Positions 14,111 to 27,600 of a stretch of DNA of 64,000 nucleotides are shown piece by piece. The notes under the pieces are model-generated. The model was not told where the DNA came from, made no database searches, and was given only the letters and a program-made list of their open reading frames with translations. This stretch comes from Neocallimastix sp. 'constans' (Eukaryota), in NCBI GenBank assembly GCA_050613775.1, contig JBODTK010000154.1, positions 186,001 through 250,000 of the forward strand, written 5' to 3'. The translations under genes and the position numbers were made by a program. Positions within the stretch are counted from its first letter, which is position 1. Each line of letters opens with the position of its first letter.

Positions 14111-15605
14111 TAATAAATATATAATAATATATAAGTAAATAAAAAATAAATAAATAATAAATTATTAAAAAGATTTTTTTTTTTATTTTTATTATATTTT
14201 TATTTAATAAAAAAAAAATAGTTAATAATTTTAGAATTAATTATCTTTTCATAGATTATTGAATCAATAAATAAAAATAATTATAATAATAATAAAATTT
14301 TATAATAAATAATAATTATTTATTAATGAATAATTATTATTAATTCTATCATTTAGAAAAGGTAATTCATTGATTTGTGATAGTTATCATTATATCTTAC
14401 TTTTTAGATTTTAAGCTTTCTCAATGAAATTAGATTGTACCTGTTATAATAAAATAATGAATATATTGGAATAATCCAATATTTTACGTAATTTAAACAA
14501 AATAAAATATATAACTATAATAATTCTTAAAAGGGTTATAGGAATTCAAATCATTGATTCTGAATTGATTTACTTTATTTGTTATAGCTGTTATAATAGT
14601 AAATAAGTTAATCAGTATCACTTTATAAATGAAGTAAATGACTGGGCACGGAATTAATACTATGTTACTGGCTAATCAAATATATCTTAAGTGATATTTT
14701 AATAAATTCTATAAAATTAAATTATCATTTGATGAATTTGATAATATATCATATGAAAATTAAACTTATTTTAATAGTTACTATGGATTTAGTGGTATCA
14801 TAAAACTAGTATTAGAAGATGTAAAGTTTCAAAAAGAGTTTCAAAAAAAAAAAAAAAATAAAATAAAAAAAAAGACTTGTGAATTAAATTTTAAATCTTT
14901 TATTTTTCCATTATATTATTTTATTATTTTACTAATTTAATAATTTTTAATTTATTTCAATTTAAAAATATATAAAATATATAATATAAACTTTTTATAT
15001 AACAACTTTAAATAAATATATATACATTTTTATTTTTATTATAAATATTATATTGTAGTTTTTAATAATTAATTCTATAAATTATAAAATTAATTAAAAA
15101 ATTTTATTAACAATAATAATCTATATTGTGTAAGTAATTAATTCCCTGGAAATAATTCTAAATACTATTGTTTTAAATAGAGTTTAATAAAAAATTATTT
15201 CATTGTGCCATGTTAAATAAATTAAATAATAATTAAGCAACTAAAGACAATTTAATTTCCGAAATCCTAATTAAAATATATTTTGAGTGAAACAAACAAA
15301 CAAAAAAAAAAAAAAACAATGATTATATAAAATAATATAAACATTATTTAATAAAATTCATAGAAATAATAAATTTTAAAATATATTAATTAAAAATGTC
15401 TATTATTTTATATAAATTCTATTTATATAATATCATGTCATATATTAAAATTTATATTCAATATATATATTTAATTTTTTAAAAATATGTAATTTTGATA
15501 TTAAAAATATGAAATGTTTCTTAGCTATTATTATTAATTAATTTATATTTTTATTGTTATTACTAATAATATTGTTATTCTAAATATATTATATTAATAA
15601 AAATG

Positions 15606-15704
15606 TATAAAAGGTGTGTTTTTTTCTTCATTTCTTTAATTCGACATAATAATTAAATAATAGAATTATTATTATAAAAGAAAATTTTCTCTGGAAGAAA
15701 ATTT
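15606..15704 (+). promoter_or_regulatory. TATA box plus CNGGN-loop hairpin upstream of GH6 copy 3
   Basis: TATAAAAGG at 15606; 9-bp stem at 15682-15704 with loop CTGGA at 15691-15695. Confidence 0.7.
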
Positions 15705-15785
15705 AAAAAATATATATATACATTTATAAATTTAATCTTATATACTTAAAAATATAAAATTTTAATTAAAAAGCAAACAATAAAA

Positions 15786-17255
15786 ATGAAGGCTTCTATT
15801 GTTTTATCTGCTCTTACTGCTTTTACTCTTAAGGCTTCTGCTGATTGCTTCTCTACCAGATTAGGTTATCCATGTTGTTCTGGAAATGACGTTGTTTACA
15901 CCGACAATGATGGTAAATGGGGTGTAGAAAATGGTAACTGGTGTGGTATTGCTGATACTCCATCTTCAGCTGCTTGCTGGTCCCTTTCTCAAGGTTACCC
16001 ATGCTGTTCTTCTTCAAATGCTGAAGTTTGGTACACTGATGCTTCAGGTAAATGGGGTGTTGAAAATGGAGACTGGTGTGGTATTCCAACTGGTTCTGGT
16101 AGCACTGGTGGCAATAATGATGATATTGATGTTACTCCAGGTGAACAATTCACTCATAATGGTAATCCATTTGCTAATAAGGAATTCTATATTAATCCAT
16201 ACTATGTTAAAGAAGTCGAAGGTGCCATTGCTCAAATGTCAGATTCTTCCCTTATTGCTAAGGCTGAAAAGATGAAGACTTTCTCTAATGCTATCTGGCT
16301 TGATTCTATCAAAAACATGCAAAGTTGGTTAGAATCAAATTTGAAAGGTGCTCTTGCTCAACAAAATGCTTCTGGTAAAGATGTTTTAACTGTTTTCGTC
16401 GTTTACGATTTACCAGGTCGTGATTGTCACGCTCTTGCTTCTAATGGTGAACTTCTTGCTAACGATGGTGATTTTACTCGTTACAAGTCTGAATACATTG
16501 ATGTCATTGAAGGTCACTTAAAGACTTACAAATCTCAACCAGTTGTTCTTATTGTTGAACCAGATTCACTTGCTAACATGGTTACCAATCTTGATTCCAC
16601 TCCAGCATGTCGTGATTCTGAAAAGTATTACATGGATGGCCATGCTTACTTAATTAAGAAGTTTGGTGTTCTTCCACATGTTGCTATGTATCTTGATATT
16701 GGTCACGCCTTCTGGTTAGGTTGGGATGACAACCGTGAAAAGGCTGGTAAGGTTTATGCCAAGGTTATCAGCTCTGGTGCTCCAGGTAAGGTTCGTGGTT
16801 TCACTGATAATGTTGCTAACTACACTCCATGGGAAGATCCAACTCTTTCTCGTGGACCAGAAACCGAATGGAACCCATGTCCAGATGAAAAGAGATACTT
16901 ACAAGCTATTCAAAAGGACTTCAAGTCAGCTGGTATTCAATCAGTTTACTTCGTTTGTGATACTTCTCGTAACGGTAAGAAGGTTGACCGTAAGCACCCA
17001 GGAGAATGGTGTAACCAAACTGGAGTTGGTATTGGAGCCAGACCACAAGCCAGTCCAGTTTCTGGTATGGAATACCTTGATGCTTTCTACTGGATTAAGC
17101 CACTTGGTGAATCTGATGGTACTTCTGATGAATCTGCAGCTCGTTTCGATGGTTACTGTGGTCATGAAACCGCTATGAAGCCAGCTCCAGAAGCCGGTCA
17201 ATGGTTCCAAAAGCACTTTGAACAAGGTATTAAGAATGCTAACCCACCACTTTAA
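15786..17255 (+). CDS. cel6A: Double-dockerin GH6 cellobiohydrolase, copy 3
   Basis: 489 aa, protein identical to copy 2; the overlapping shadow ORFs are also identical. Confidence 0.95.
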   Translation: MKASIVLSALTAFTLKASADCFSTRLGYPCCSGNDVVYTDNDGKWGVENGNWCGIADTPSSAACWSLSQGYPCCSSSNAEVWYTDASGKWGVENGDWCGIPTGSGSTGGNNDDIDVTPGEQFTHNGNPFANKEFYINPYYVKEVEGAIAQMSDSSLIAKAEKMKTFSNAIWLDSIKNMQSWLESNLKGALAQQNASGKDVLTVFVVYDLPGRDCHALASNGELLANDGDFTRYKSEYIDVIEGHLKTYKSQPVVLIVEPDSLANMVTNLDSTPACRDSEKYYMDGHAYLIKKFGVLPHVAMYLDIGHAFWLGWDDNREKAGKVYAKVISSGAPGKVRGFTDNVANYTPWEDPTLSRGPETEWNPCPDEKRYLQAIQKDFKSAGIQSVYFVCDTSRNGKKVDRKHPGEWCNQTGVGIGARPQASPVSGMEYLDAFYWIKPLGESDGTSDESAARFDGYCGHETAMKPAPEAGQWFQKHFEQGIKNANPPL

Positions 17256-17727
17256 ATTGATGATTCAAATTAATAAAATATTTAATTAATCATTAACTGT
17301 TAACTAAAAAAAAAGTATTAAAAGTGCTAAAAAAAAAATAATAAATTGTCAAAGAAAAAAAAAATAAAATAAAATAAAGAAAGAAATTAAAAGAATAGTC
17401 GAAAAATAACTAATGCTTAGATTTACATAATATATATAGTGATTATTTTCTAATTATAGGAATTTTACACTATTAAATATTATAATATTATAATTAAAAT
17501 TAATATTAATATATTAATAAGTTAATAATAAATAATAAAATTATAACTCATGTAATTTTATTCATTTAAATAAATAAATAAATTTAAAAAAAAAAAAAAA
17601 AAATAAAAAATAAAAAAGAAAAAAGAAAAAAGAAAAATATGTTATAGTTATTTTATTTAATTTGATGAATTATACGTATCAGTAGTGAATAATTATTTTT
17701 TCCTTTTTGTTTATTTTATGAAGTTGT

Positions 17728-17868
17728 CTCACTCCCGACTAATCTCGACAAATTTACGCAGCTCCACTACGTTAACGTGCTCAATTTTCTCGCTTGTCTC
17801 CGTGAGCAGTATTGCCTAACGGGAAGTACTTCTGAGGGTTTTTAAAGTTTATTTGCATATTGTTTTTT
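17728..17868. mobile_element. 141-bp GC-rich insertion with 5-bp target site duplication
   Basis: Paralogous sites read aagttgtattgttt (about 5647 and 10577). Here GTTGT is duplicated at 17723-17727 and 17869-17873. Confidence 0.75.
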
Positions 17869-18435
17869 GTTGTATTGTTTTAATAAATTTATTATAGTTT
17901 AATTGGAAAGTTTAATTTAAATATATGTATTTACATATAAATTATCTTTTAAACTATTTCATAAATAAGTATTTAAAACTTGTTTCCAAGTAAATTGTTT
18001 ATTTAATATATAATGATACATATTTACTTTTTTTTAGAAATTTTAAGAACAGAAATTTATTTATATTAAAAAAATAATAATATTATTTCTATTTATTTAT
18101 TTTTTTTATTTTTATAAATATTAATATTATTATATTATTTTATTATTATTATTTATTTATTGATTTATTATTATTGTAACTGTTGAGGAAATAAAATAAT
18201 TAATAGTTTATAGTTATTTTAACGATTTTAACAGTTACAATATAAACTATTAATTATTTTATTTCCTCAATAATATTAGTTTATTTTTTTATTTTTTATT
18301 TTTTATTTTATTTTTAATTTTTATTTAATTGTATTTCATTATTTTTTTTTTAAATTAAAATTATCTGAAACCATAAAAGAAATTAAAATATTTAAATTAT
18401 ATATGAAATTTAAATATATATATCATATTTTATTA

Positions 18436-20283
18436 CTTTCTTGCGTTGTCCCCTCTCACCGATTTTGTTTATCATGTTCATTAATGACATTTTTAACAAA
18501 TGTGATAAATAAGGAATCTCTATTGGTGATAAATGTTGCTGTGGAGGTCTCTTAGCAGATGATATTGTGTTACGTGCAACAACAAAATCTCAACTTAAGA
18601 AATTGTTAAAATTTGAAAGTGTATGGGATAGAAATAATGAAATATAATTTGGTATCAATAAATGTTCAAATTTAATAGCGCGAAAGGAAGTTTCAAGATT
18701 TCTTAATAATAGTAATCTTAACATTTTTATCAATCAAGTCGAGAGTTACCTAAAACGAATTGCTATATCTAATTAGGTGTACTACTTGGATCAAACAAAG
18801 AAAGAACGAAAAATACATAGACATTAGTTAATACAGGATTATACTGAATTAAAGGATTTTCTAATGAGAAATAGCTTTACATCCCGTTTTTGTGTTTCTA
18901 AAGAACTTAACATTCCTCCTCTATCGGCAAAATATGTTTTAAAAAATGGAAAAACTCGAAATGCACTATTTCTGATTTACTTAAAGATATATCACATTGT
19001 AGATGTCATGCATACATGAGATAAAATTTTAACAGACAAATTTGATAAATTCCCTCAAAAAAAGCAATTGTTAATTTTTATTGAAATAGATATATGGCAG
19101 AAAAATCAATCAAAGCTAAGGCTTATAAGAAAAATAAATTTGAGAAAACTAGAGACCATATAAAGCTCAATTTTATGTATTCTGAATTTAACACTGGCTT
19201 CCGATGGGTACTTCGTGCCAGATGTCCAGATGTGGATTTAAACTCGATACTCGTATTGGCAAAGCCGCCAATATGATTGAGAATGACTGTCCAGAAAGGT
19301 GTCCCAGTTGTTATAGAGAAAAATAGTAATACCCGATTGGAACATTGATTTTCTAAATTCTATCTTTTTCTTGAATTTCGAATGAAATATTTTATGGATA
19401 TTGAAATTCTTTATAAAAAATTGTTTGTAGTTAGAAAATATTGTCAAATATCAAGTATTAATGTAAACATTGCTATCAAAGATATGAATAATGTAGAATC
19501 AAGAACAGAATCTGATAATAGTAACGAAGTATATAATATTAATAGTAATATCAATAGAAATAATATTGTTAATAATAGTAGTATCAGTGATAGTGAAAAT
19601 AGGAATATTAATATTAGTGATAGTGAAAATAATAGTATCATTACTAATAATGTAGTGAATAGGTCAATTGGTGAAAATTGTGTTAATATATGTAATTTTC
19701 TGAATAATGGGTGCATAAATATATATGTGGCATGATACCAATTATATAACTTCCTTCTAGGTGGAAGAGAAATAACCAAATCATTTTTGGGGATTATTCT
19801 AAAATGCCATTCTTGGTGCAATCTATGGCTCTCTTTACAGAAATTATGGTTCGGACTAGTACTCGACAAGGATTACTATTCCAACGGTATAAACTCAAAC
19901 TAACCAGGAGCGTCAAAGCTGAAAATGTAGTAAGACAGGCTAGCAGGGCCTAATGCCTCTGAAGGAGAAGACCATAATTTCTTTCAGTTTGTCAATTCAA
20001 ACCCTAATCTGGAATAAGAATTCCTTAAAACATAAATCTTATAATTGAATATAAATTTTTTTGAATTTATTTACATACTTAATTTTTAATATAACTTTTA
20101 TTTCGCATTATTATTTAAAATATTATTATGTTCTAGTTGGACAAATAATTTTTTTTTTTATTAGTTCTTATATGAATATTTTTTTATTAAAAAAAAAAAA
20201 AAAATACAATTAATAAATGAATAAATAAATAAAGTTTACAACTGTAAAAAAAAAATAATAATAATAATAAAAAAAAAAAAAAA
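18436..20283 (+). mobile_element. 5'-truncated degenerate LINE (RT domain to 3' UTR, A-rich tail)
   Basis: CPLSPILFIMFINDIF and GGLLADDIVL motifs, plus LNIPPLSAK shared with the 10651 element. It interrupts a sequence that is contiguous in the paralogous units. Confidence 0.9.
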
Positions 20284-20413
20284 GTATATTATTATTAAAT
20301 CAAGAAATCAAGTATGAATCAAAATTATGTAAAATCTTCAGTAAATAACTAAAAATAAAAAACAAATAAAAAAAAAATTAATATACTCACAATATACATT
20401 TAAATATGTTTTT

Positions 20414-20459
<46 letters not shown>

Positions 20460-21142
20460 TTTGTTTGTTTGTTTGTTTGTTTGTTTGTTTGTTTGTTATT
20501 TATAATGAATTAATAAGTATAAACAACAAAATATTATATATTAAAAAATATTTTATAGAATTTTAATTATTGCCCATCAAATATATTAAATATATTAAGA
20601 AATAGTAACTTTTTCTAATAAGGATCTCAATACTTTGTATATATAATAACAATTTACGTATTAACATTATATAAAAAGTTTAGTAAAATTTTAATTTTAT
20701 TTATACTTTAATATGTAATAAACTTATATTAAATCTAATATCTTTATTATTTTATTATGAACATAAATTATGTACATTAATTTCGAAATTTATTTCATAA
20801 ATAAAACATGAACTCATTAATCTTTTATTTAAATTATTTAATCAATTGTTCATTTGTTTTTTCTTATTTTCAATTTTAATATTAATCTTTTATTATATAA
20901 TAATTAATATATATTTTATTATTTTCTATTATATTTTTAAATTTTTAGAAAAATTAAACAATCATTTTTAATAGCATATCAAAATAGTAACATTCATAAC
21001 TTTCAATATATATATTTTATATTTTTATTTTTTAAATTATCACTATCTTCTAAATGTTTTAATCAACTAACAATTTTTTTTATACATAATAATTGTTAAT
21101 GTGTTAATGTATATATATAGAAAAAAAAAATAAATAAATAAA

Positions 21143-21195
<53 letters not shown>

Positions 21196-24100
21196 ATAAA
21201 AAAATAAAATTATAGCTTGTGAAATAGATTTTTTTTAATCTTTAATTATTTTTACTTTATTTAACATGTTTGTTTGTCTTACTTTTTTTTTTCACATTAA
21301 TAATATAAAATAATTCCATCTTTTAGAAAAAATTATTCATTAAATTGGAATAGTTATCATTATATCTTACTTTTTAGATTTTATGTTTTCTCTATGAAAT
21401 TAGTCTGTACCTGTTATAATAAAATAATGAATACAATGGAATGACCCAATATTTTATGTAATTTAAAGAAAATAAAATATATAACTATAATAATACATAA
21501 ACGAGTTAAAGGAATTCAAATCATTGATTCTGAATTGATTTACTTCATTTATGATAGTTGTTATAATAGTAAGAAAGTTAACCAGTATCACTTTATAAAT
21601 GAAGTAATCAGATTGGGTACGGTATTAATACTAGGTTACTGGCTAATCCAATATATCATAAGTTATATTTTGGTAAATTCTATAAAATTAAATCATTTGA
21701 TAAATTTGATAATACATCATATGAAAGTTAAACTTATTTTAATAGTTACTATGGATTTGATGCTATCATAAGTCTAGATATCATCATTTTCATTGTTATT
21801 TATTATAATTCTTCAAATTTTACAATATCTTTAGCTAATAGTAGTTATTTCATAATATTTAGATAATTTTTAATTTAATTAACAATAGTAATTATTACTG
21901 TAAGTTTAATTAAATATAATTATATTTCACTATATAATCTAAATAAAACTTAATATATAATATAGAGAAATTATTTCTATTTATTAATATAAATATTATT
22001 ATTATTATAAATGATACTAAGGATTCTGTTTCTTATTTCTCCTTAAAATTAAGTTACCTAATTTGATAGTAAATGATATATTATAAATAATGAGATGATA
22101 GTGTTAATGTTTCATTTCAAGGCTCATTAACTTTTTGATTTACAGATTTATGTTGAATATATTATTTTTCAACTAATGCTACAAATTAGTTGATAGTTTT
22201 AGCAAATGAGATATTTAAAATAATAAATGTTTATATGGAATCCATAATAATTTATGTTTTCTTTTGATATAAATATCGGTGAACAATTCATGCGTTTTTT
22301 TTTTTTTTTTGTTACGTATAATAATTTACTATTTTTTATATATTCATTCATACATAATATGAATATATTTTCAATTATATATTAAAAATAAAATAAAATT
22401 CAATTATATATTAGTAGTTATATGTAAATTATGGTAAAAATATAAATATAATAATAAAATTAAATAAATAAAAATATCAGATTAAGTATATTTAATTTAA
22501 TAAATTATAATAATATATTTGATTATTTTATAATAGTAAAAATATATAAAAAAGGTTATTTAATTATAAAAATATATTTGATTATATTTTAATAATAAAA
22601 ATATATAAAAAAGATTATAATAATGAATTTAAATATATATTAAATATACATTTATATTTTGTGTTTAATATTTAAATTTATTTAAATTGCATATTAATAT
22701 AGTCATATACTGAAATAAATATTAAAAATTGATAAAGTACGAAGTTCAGGTTCGGTTCTTTTAAGGTTTATTCTTTATTTGGGGGATATAATTTATATGT
22801 TTTATAAAAATATTTTTATTTAAATTTTATTTATTTAAAAGAATTACATTTACTTATCATTATTAAAATTGTAAACTAACATTTATTCTTAAAATTAATA
22901 TTTATTTTCATATTTTGATCTCAAGAATTACTATAATCTACTATTTCTTATTCTTGGACAATGAAATAAAACTATTTCTAAATATTTTTCTCTTTTATAA
23001 TTATTTACTATAATAAAGTTTTCCTATATTAAAGTATAAATATTAATTTACTTTCATTAATGTTAAAATTAAATAATAAAAATATATAAATTAATTTCTA
23101 ATAAGAAATACAATAAAAACTAGATTAATACATAAATTTATGCTTTTACTACATTTCTTAATTAACATAAATTTATTATTAATTAGAGTTTTTATTTCTA
23201 TTTCATATCAAAATATATATTCATTTTGATTTATATAATTTGTCACAGATTTTTTTTAAAAATTTTTTTATATTCATTTAAAATAAAATTAATAACAAAA
23301 TTGTAATTACATATTTTATACATAATTTAATATTCATTTACGATTACCTACCTAATATAAAATTTAATTTTAAATAGAATAGTTATATTAATTTTTAATA
23401 AAAAATATATTTATAAATAAAAATAATGCCATAATGTCATAATAAATTACATTTTTTAATTGATATAATTATCTTATTAAAACAAGACATATACATATAT
23501 TTTAATTATTGGACAGCTGATTAAATGCAAAACTTTTAATTATTAATATTAATTATCATAAAATATATAATACATGTATAAATCTTATATGTTTATTACA
23601 TTTATTGTATTAAATATAAAATATTCAAACAAAATTTTATTAAATATTTATGAATTAAATATCCTAAAATTAATTATTTCATGAATATAATTACAAAGAT
23701 ATATTTGTTAATTATTACATATTTATTTAAGTAAATTTAGTTTTTTATTTATTAATTTATTTATTTATATGTATTTACTAATACATACTATTAATGAATT
23801 TTATTAGTTAAAATTTTTTTGAATTTAATGTAGATCAATAATAAAGTTTATATTTTAAAGTTTTTCAAAAAAAAAATTAATTAATTAATAACAAATTAAT
23901 TTTATGTATCTATTAATTTTTTTTTAAGTTTATTCCCATTATAGATAAATGGAAAAGATAAAAATATTATTTATATTAATTAATTAATTAATTAATATAA
24001 AATAAAAAACAAATAAATAATATTTTGAAAATATCAAAAGTACAAAAAATTCAAGATAAAAATTAATAAAAAGTTTATTATTTATTAATTATATGGTATA

Positions 24101-24867
24101 ATAAAAGTAATTAATTATAAAGTTTCAATATTTTAAAAATTTAATTTTTAGTTACCATTCATAAGTTTTAAAACTTTTATTAATTCTTTAATTTCTAATA
24201 TACTTATAATTACTAATATATTTGACACATTTTTAACCGTTTAAAATACATTATATTAATATTAGTTTTTTCAAATTAATTTTTGTTTTTAATAATAAAT
24301 ATTATACATATTAAATTATAAAAAGAAATTTAAGAATTTAAAAATACCTAAAATTTATAAATAAAAATTTCTATAATTTTTGAAGGAAATAAAATAAAAG
24401 TAGTATAAAAACATATTTTATATATTTTTTAATTATCTTTTATTACACGTGTATAAGATTATTACTAGTGACGTGACTAAAAAAAGTAAAGATGTAAATA
24501 ATAAATATTTTATTTTTTCAAATTCTTGTTTATTAATAAATCTTCATTAAATATTTAATATATAAATAATAATTATAAAGTATTTAAATCAAAATTTTAA
24601 TTTATTCTGAAAATTAAAATAGACCAATCATATTCTTGAAATATAATTTAAAAAATTTTTATAATTTGAAAAGATACTAAAATTTTCCTAATTAGTTAAA
24701 TTCCATATAATACAAATAAATGATTATCATTGTTCTTACGGAAAAATTTTTTTTAATTTATTACCTGCGGCGCAAATAATAATTTAATAATAATAAAAGA
24801 AATATTAAAAAATTAAAATTTTTTAGACTTTTATTAAATAGACTTTTTTTTATAATTTGATTTAGAA

Positions 24868-24950
24868 TATAAAAGGATGTGTTTTCTTCTTATTTTGTTT
24901 ATCTTCAATTCAATTGTAATATAAATAAAAGTTTTCTCTGGAAGAAAATT
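24868..24950 (+). promoter_or_regulatory. TATA box plus CNGGN-loop hairpin upstream of GH6 copy 4
   Basis: TATAAAAGG at 24868; stem AGTTTTCT/AGAAAATT (one G-U pair) with loop CTGGA at 24938-24942. Confidence 0.7.
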
Positions 24951-25086
24951 ATTATATAACAATAAAATTGTATATTTTTTATTATTTTTAAAAAAATTTA
25001 GTATAGATTTATAAAGAATTTTTTTTTATTTTAATTGTATTTATTATTTATAATTAATTAAAAAGTTTAAATTATTAGAAATAAAA

Positions 25087-26565
25087 ATGAAGACTTCTAT
25101 TGTTTTAACTGCTGTTGCTGCTCTTGCCGCTAAGGCTTCCGCTGCTTGTTTTGCTGAAAGATTAGGTTACCCATGTTGTAAAGGAAACACTGTTGCTTAC
25201 ACTGATAATGATGGTAAATGGGGTGTCGAAAATGGTAACTGGTGTGGTATTGCTGATACTCCTTCCCCAGCTGCTTGTTGGTCTACAAGTTTAGGTTATC
25301 CATGTTGTTCATCTTCCAGTGCTCAAGTTTATTACACTGATAATGATGGTAAATGGGGTGTTGAAAATGGTGACTGGTGTGGTATTCCAACTGGTTCTAC
25401 TGGTGGTAGTACTGGTGGTAGTACTGGTGGTGGTAGCGTTACTCCATCTGGTGAACAATTCACTATTTCTGGAAATCCATTTAGCGGAGTTGAATTCTAC
25501 ATTAATCCATACTATGTTGAAGAAGTTGATGGAGCAATTGCTCAAATGTCCGATTCTTCCCTTATTGCTAAGGCTGAAAAGATGAAGACCTACTCTAATG
25601 CTATCTGGTTAGATACCATTAAGAACATGCAAAGTTGGTTAGAATCTAACTTACAAGGAGCTCAATCTCAACACCAATCTAGTGGTAAGGATATCTTAAC
25701 TGTTTTCGTCGTTTATGATTTACCAGGTCGTGATTGTCACGCTCTTGCTTCTAATGGTGAACTTCTTGCCAATGATGGTGACTTAGCTCGTTACAAGTCT
25801 GAATACATTGATGTTATTGAAGGTCACTTAAAGACTTACAAATCTCAACCAGTTGTTCTTATTGTTGAACCAGATTCACTTGCTAACTTAGTTACTAACC
25901 TTGAATCTACTCCAGCTTGTGCTGATTCCGAAAAATACTATCTTGATGGTCATGCTTACTTAATTCAAAAGTTCGGTGTTCTTCCACATGTTGCTATGTA
26001 TCTTGATATTGGTCACGCCTTCTGGTTAGGTTGGGATGATAACCGTGAAAAGGCTGGTAAGGTTTATGCTAAGGTTATCAGCTCTGGTGCTCCAGGTAAG
26101 GTTCGTGGTTTCACTGATAATGTTTCTAACTACACTCCATGGGAAGATCCAACTCTTTCTCGTGGACCAGATACTGAATGGAATCCATGTCCAGATGAAA
26201 AGAGATACTTAGAAGCCATTTCTAAGGACTTCAAGTCTGCTGGTATTCAATCAGTTTACTTTGTTTCTGATAGTTCTCGTAATGGTAAGAAGGTTGACCG
26301 TAAGCACCCAGGTGAATGGTGTAACCAAACTGGAGTTGGTGTTGGTGCCAGACCACAAGCCAGTCCAGTTTCTGGTATGGATTACCTTGATGCTTTCTAC
26401 TGGATTAAGCCACTTGGTGAATCCGATGGTACCTCTGATGAAAGTGCTGCTCGTTTCGATGGTTATTGTGGTCATGAAACCGCTATGAAGCCAGCTCCAG
26501 AAGCCGGTCAATGGTTCCAAAAGCACTTTGAACAAGGTATTAAGAATGCTAACCCACCACTCTGA
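25087..26565 (+). CDS. cel6A: Double-dockerin GH6 cellobiohydrolase, copy 4 (diverged paralog)
   Basis: 492 aa, same architecture and catalytic motifs, with a (GSTG)n linker. Confidence 0.95.
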   Translation: MKTSIVLTAVAALAAKASAACFAERLGYPCCKGNTVAYTDNDGKWGVENGNWCGIADTPSPAACWSTSLGYPCCSSSSAQVYYTDNDGKWGVENGDWCGIPTGSTGGSTGGSTGGGSVTPSGEQFTISGNPFSGVEFYINPYYVEEVDGAIAQMSDSSLIAKAEKMKTYSNAIWLDTIKNMQSWLESNLQGAQSQHQSSGKDILTVFVVYDLPGRDCHALASNGELLANDGDLARYKSEYIDVIEGHLKTYKSQPVVLIVEPDSLANLVTNLESTPACADSEKYYLDGHAYLIQKFGVLPHVAMYLDIGHAFWLGWDDNREKAGKVYAKVISSGAPGKVRGFTDNVSNYTPWEDPTLSRGPDTEWNPCPDEKRYLEAISKDFKSAGIQSVYFVSDSSRNGKKVDRKHPGEWCNQTGVGVGARPQASPVSGMDYLDAFYWIKPLGESDGTSDESAARFDGYCGHETAMKPAPEAGQWFQKHFEQGIKNANPPL

Positions 26566-26887
26566 TTTAATCAGGAATTATTTTATAAATTATATATGGA
26601 ATTATTAAGTGTTATAAATAATTAATTATTGAAATTATTAAAAGTTTTATTATTAATTCATATATATGGTTAACCATGAGAAATATACATTTTGTAATTG
26701 AAATAAAAATAAAAATTTTATAGTTTAAATTATTATTTGTATTAATAAATGTATAAAGTTTTATTTATCATGGTATTATATATATTTTATCTATCATTTT
26801 TTTTTGTTTATTTATGTAAATAATAATATTACATAATCTTTTTTTATTTCAATTTCTGAAGATTATATTTTTGAAAATTAAATAACA

Positions 26888-26920
<33 letters not shown>

Positions 26921-27600
26921 TTTATATGTATTATCCTAAAAAAAGCATAAATAAAATTTTTTTAAAAAAAAAAAACATGGAGTTATATTAAATCACTTAT
27001 TATTTGTTGATTTTAATAAATTTTAATTTTTTTTTTTACTCTATTTTTTAGATGGTAATATATAATATTATACATGAATATTAACTATATAGGTTAAAAT
27101 AGATATTACATCTAATGATGTAAATAGTAAATATGTTATTAATTTCTTATTTATTTTACTTTAAATATAAATTAAAAAAGAAATAAATTAATACATAAAT
27201 TTATTTTTATTATAATTAATTATTAACCCCAATGATGTATACTGTATTTCCAGGACCATAGAAGGTTGATGGAAAAGCCTATATCAAGTGTATTAATTAC
27301 AGCTTTCTGTGATTCTGATGATAATCGATGGTTATCTATTCTAAAGTCCCCGATAATGGAACCTAAGCTGTTGGGTTTCTGAGGAGATAAGCAAATAGTA
27401 TAACAGTAAAATTTTTTAATTATTTTTCAAGTTATATGCAATCTCAATCTTATTTATATAAATCATAAATTTAGTTTTTAAATCAATTATTCAATCAAAA
27501 GGTTTTTCTACACTATACTGCTAACAATATTATTTTGTTTTATTTTTTCTCCTATATCTTTAAATTTTTCTTTTCTTCTACTATATATATATTATTAATC

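Noticed and set aside
21535..21771. 78-aa ORF in block A
   Set aside because: It has a non-ATG start, and the frame is broken in the other block A copies.
24447..24775. Possible transcription factor sites (CACGTG, TGACGT, CGG triplets) upstream of copy 4
   Set aside because: They are short and not conserved across the paralogous promoters, so they cannot be supported from sequence alone.
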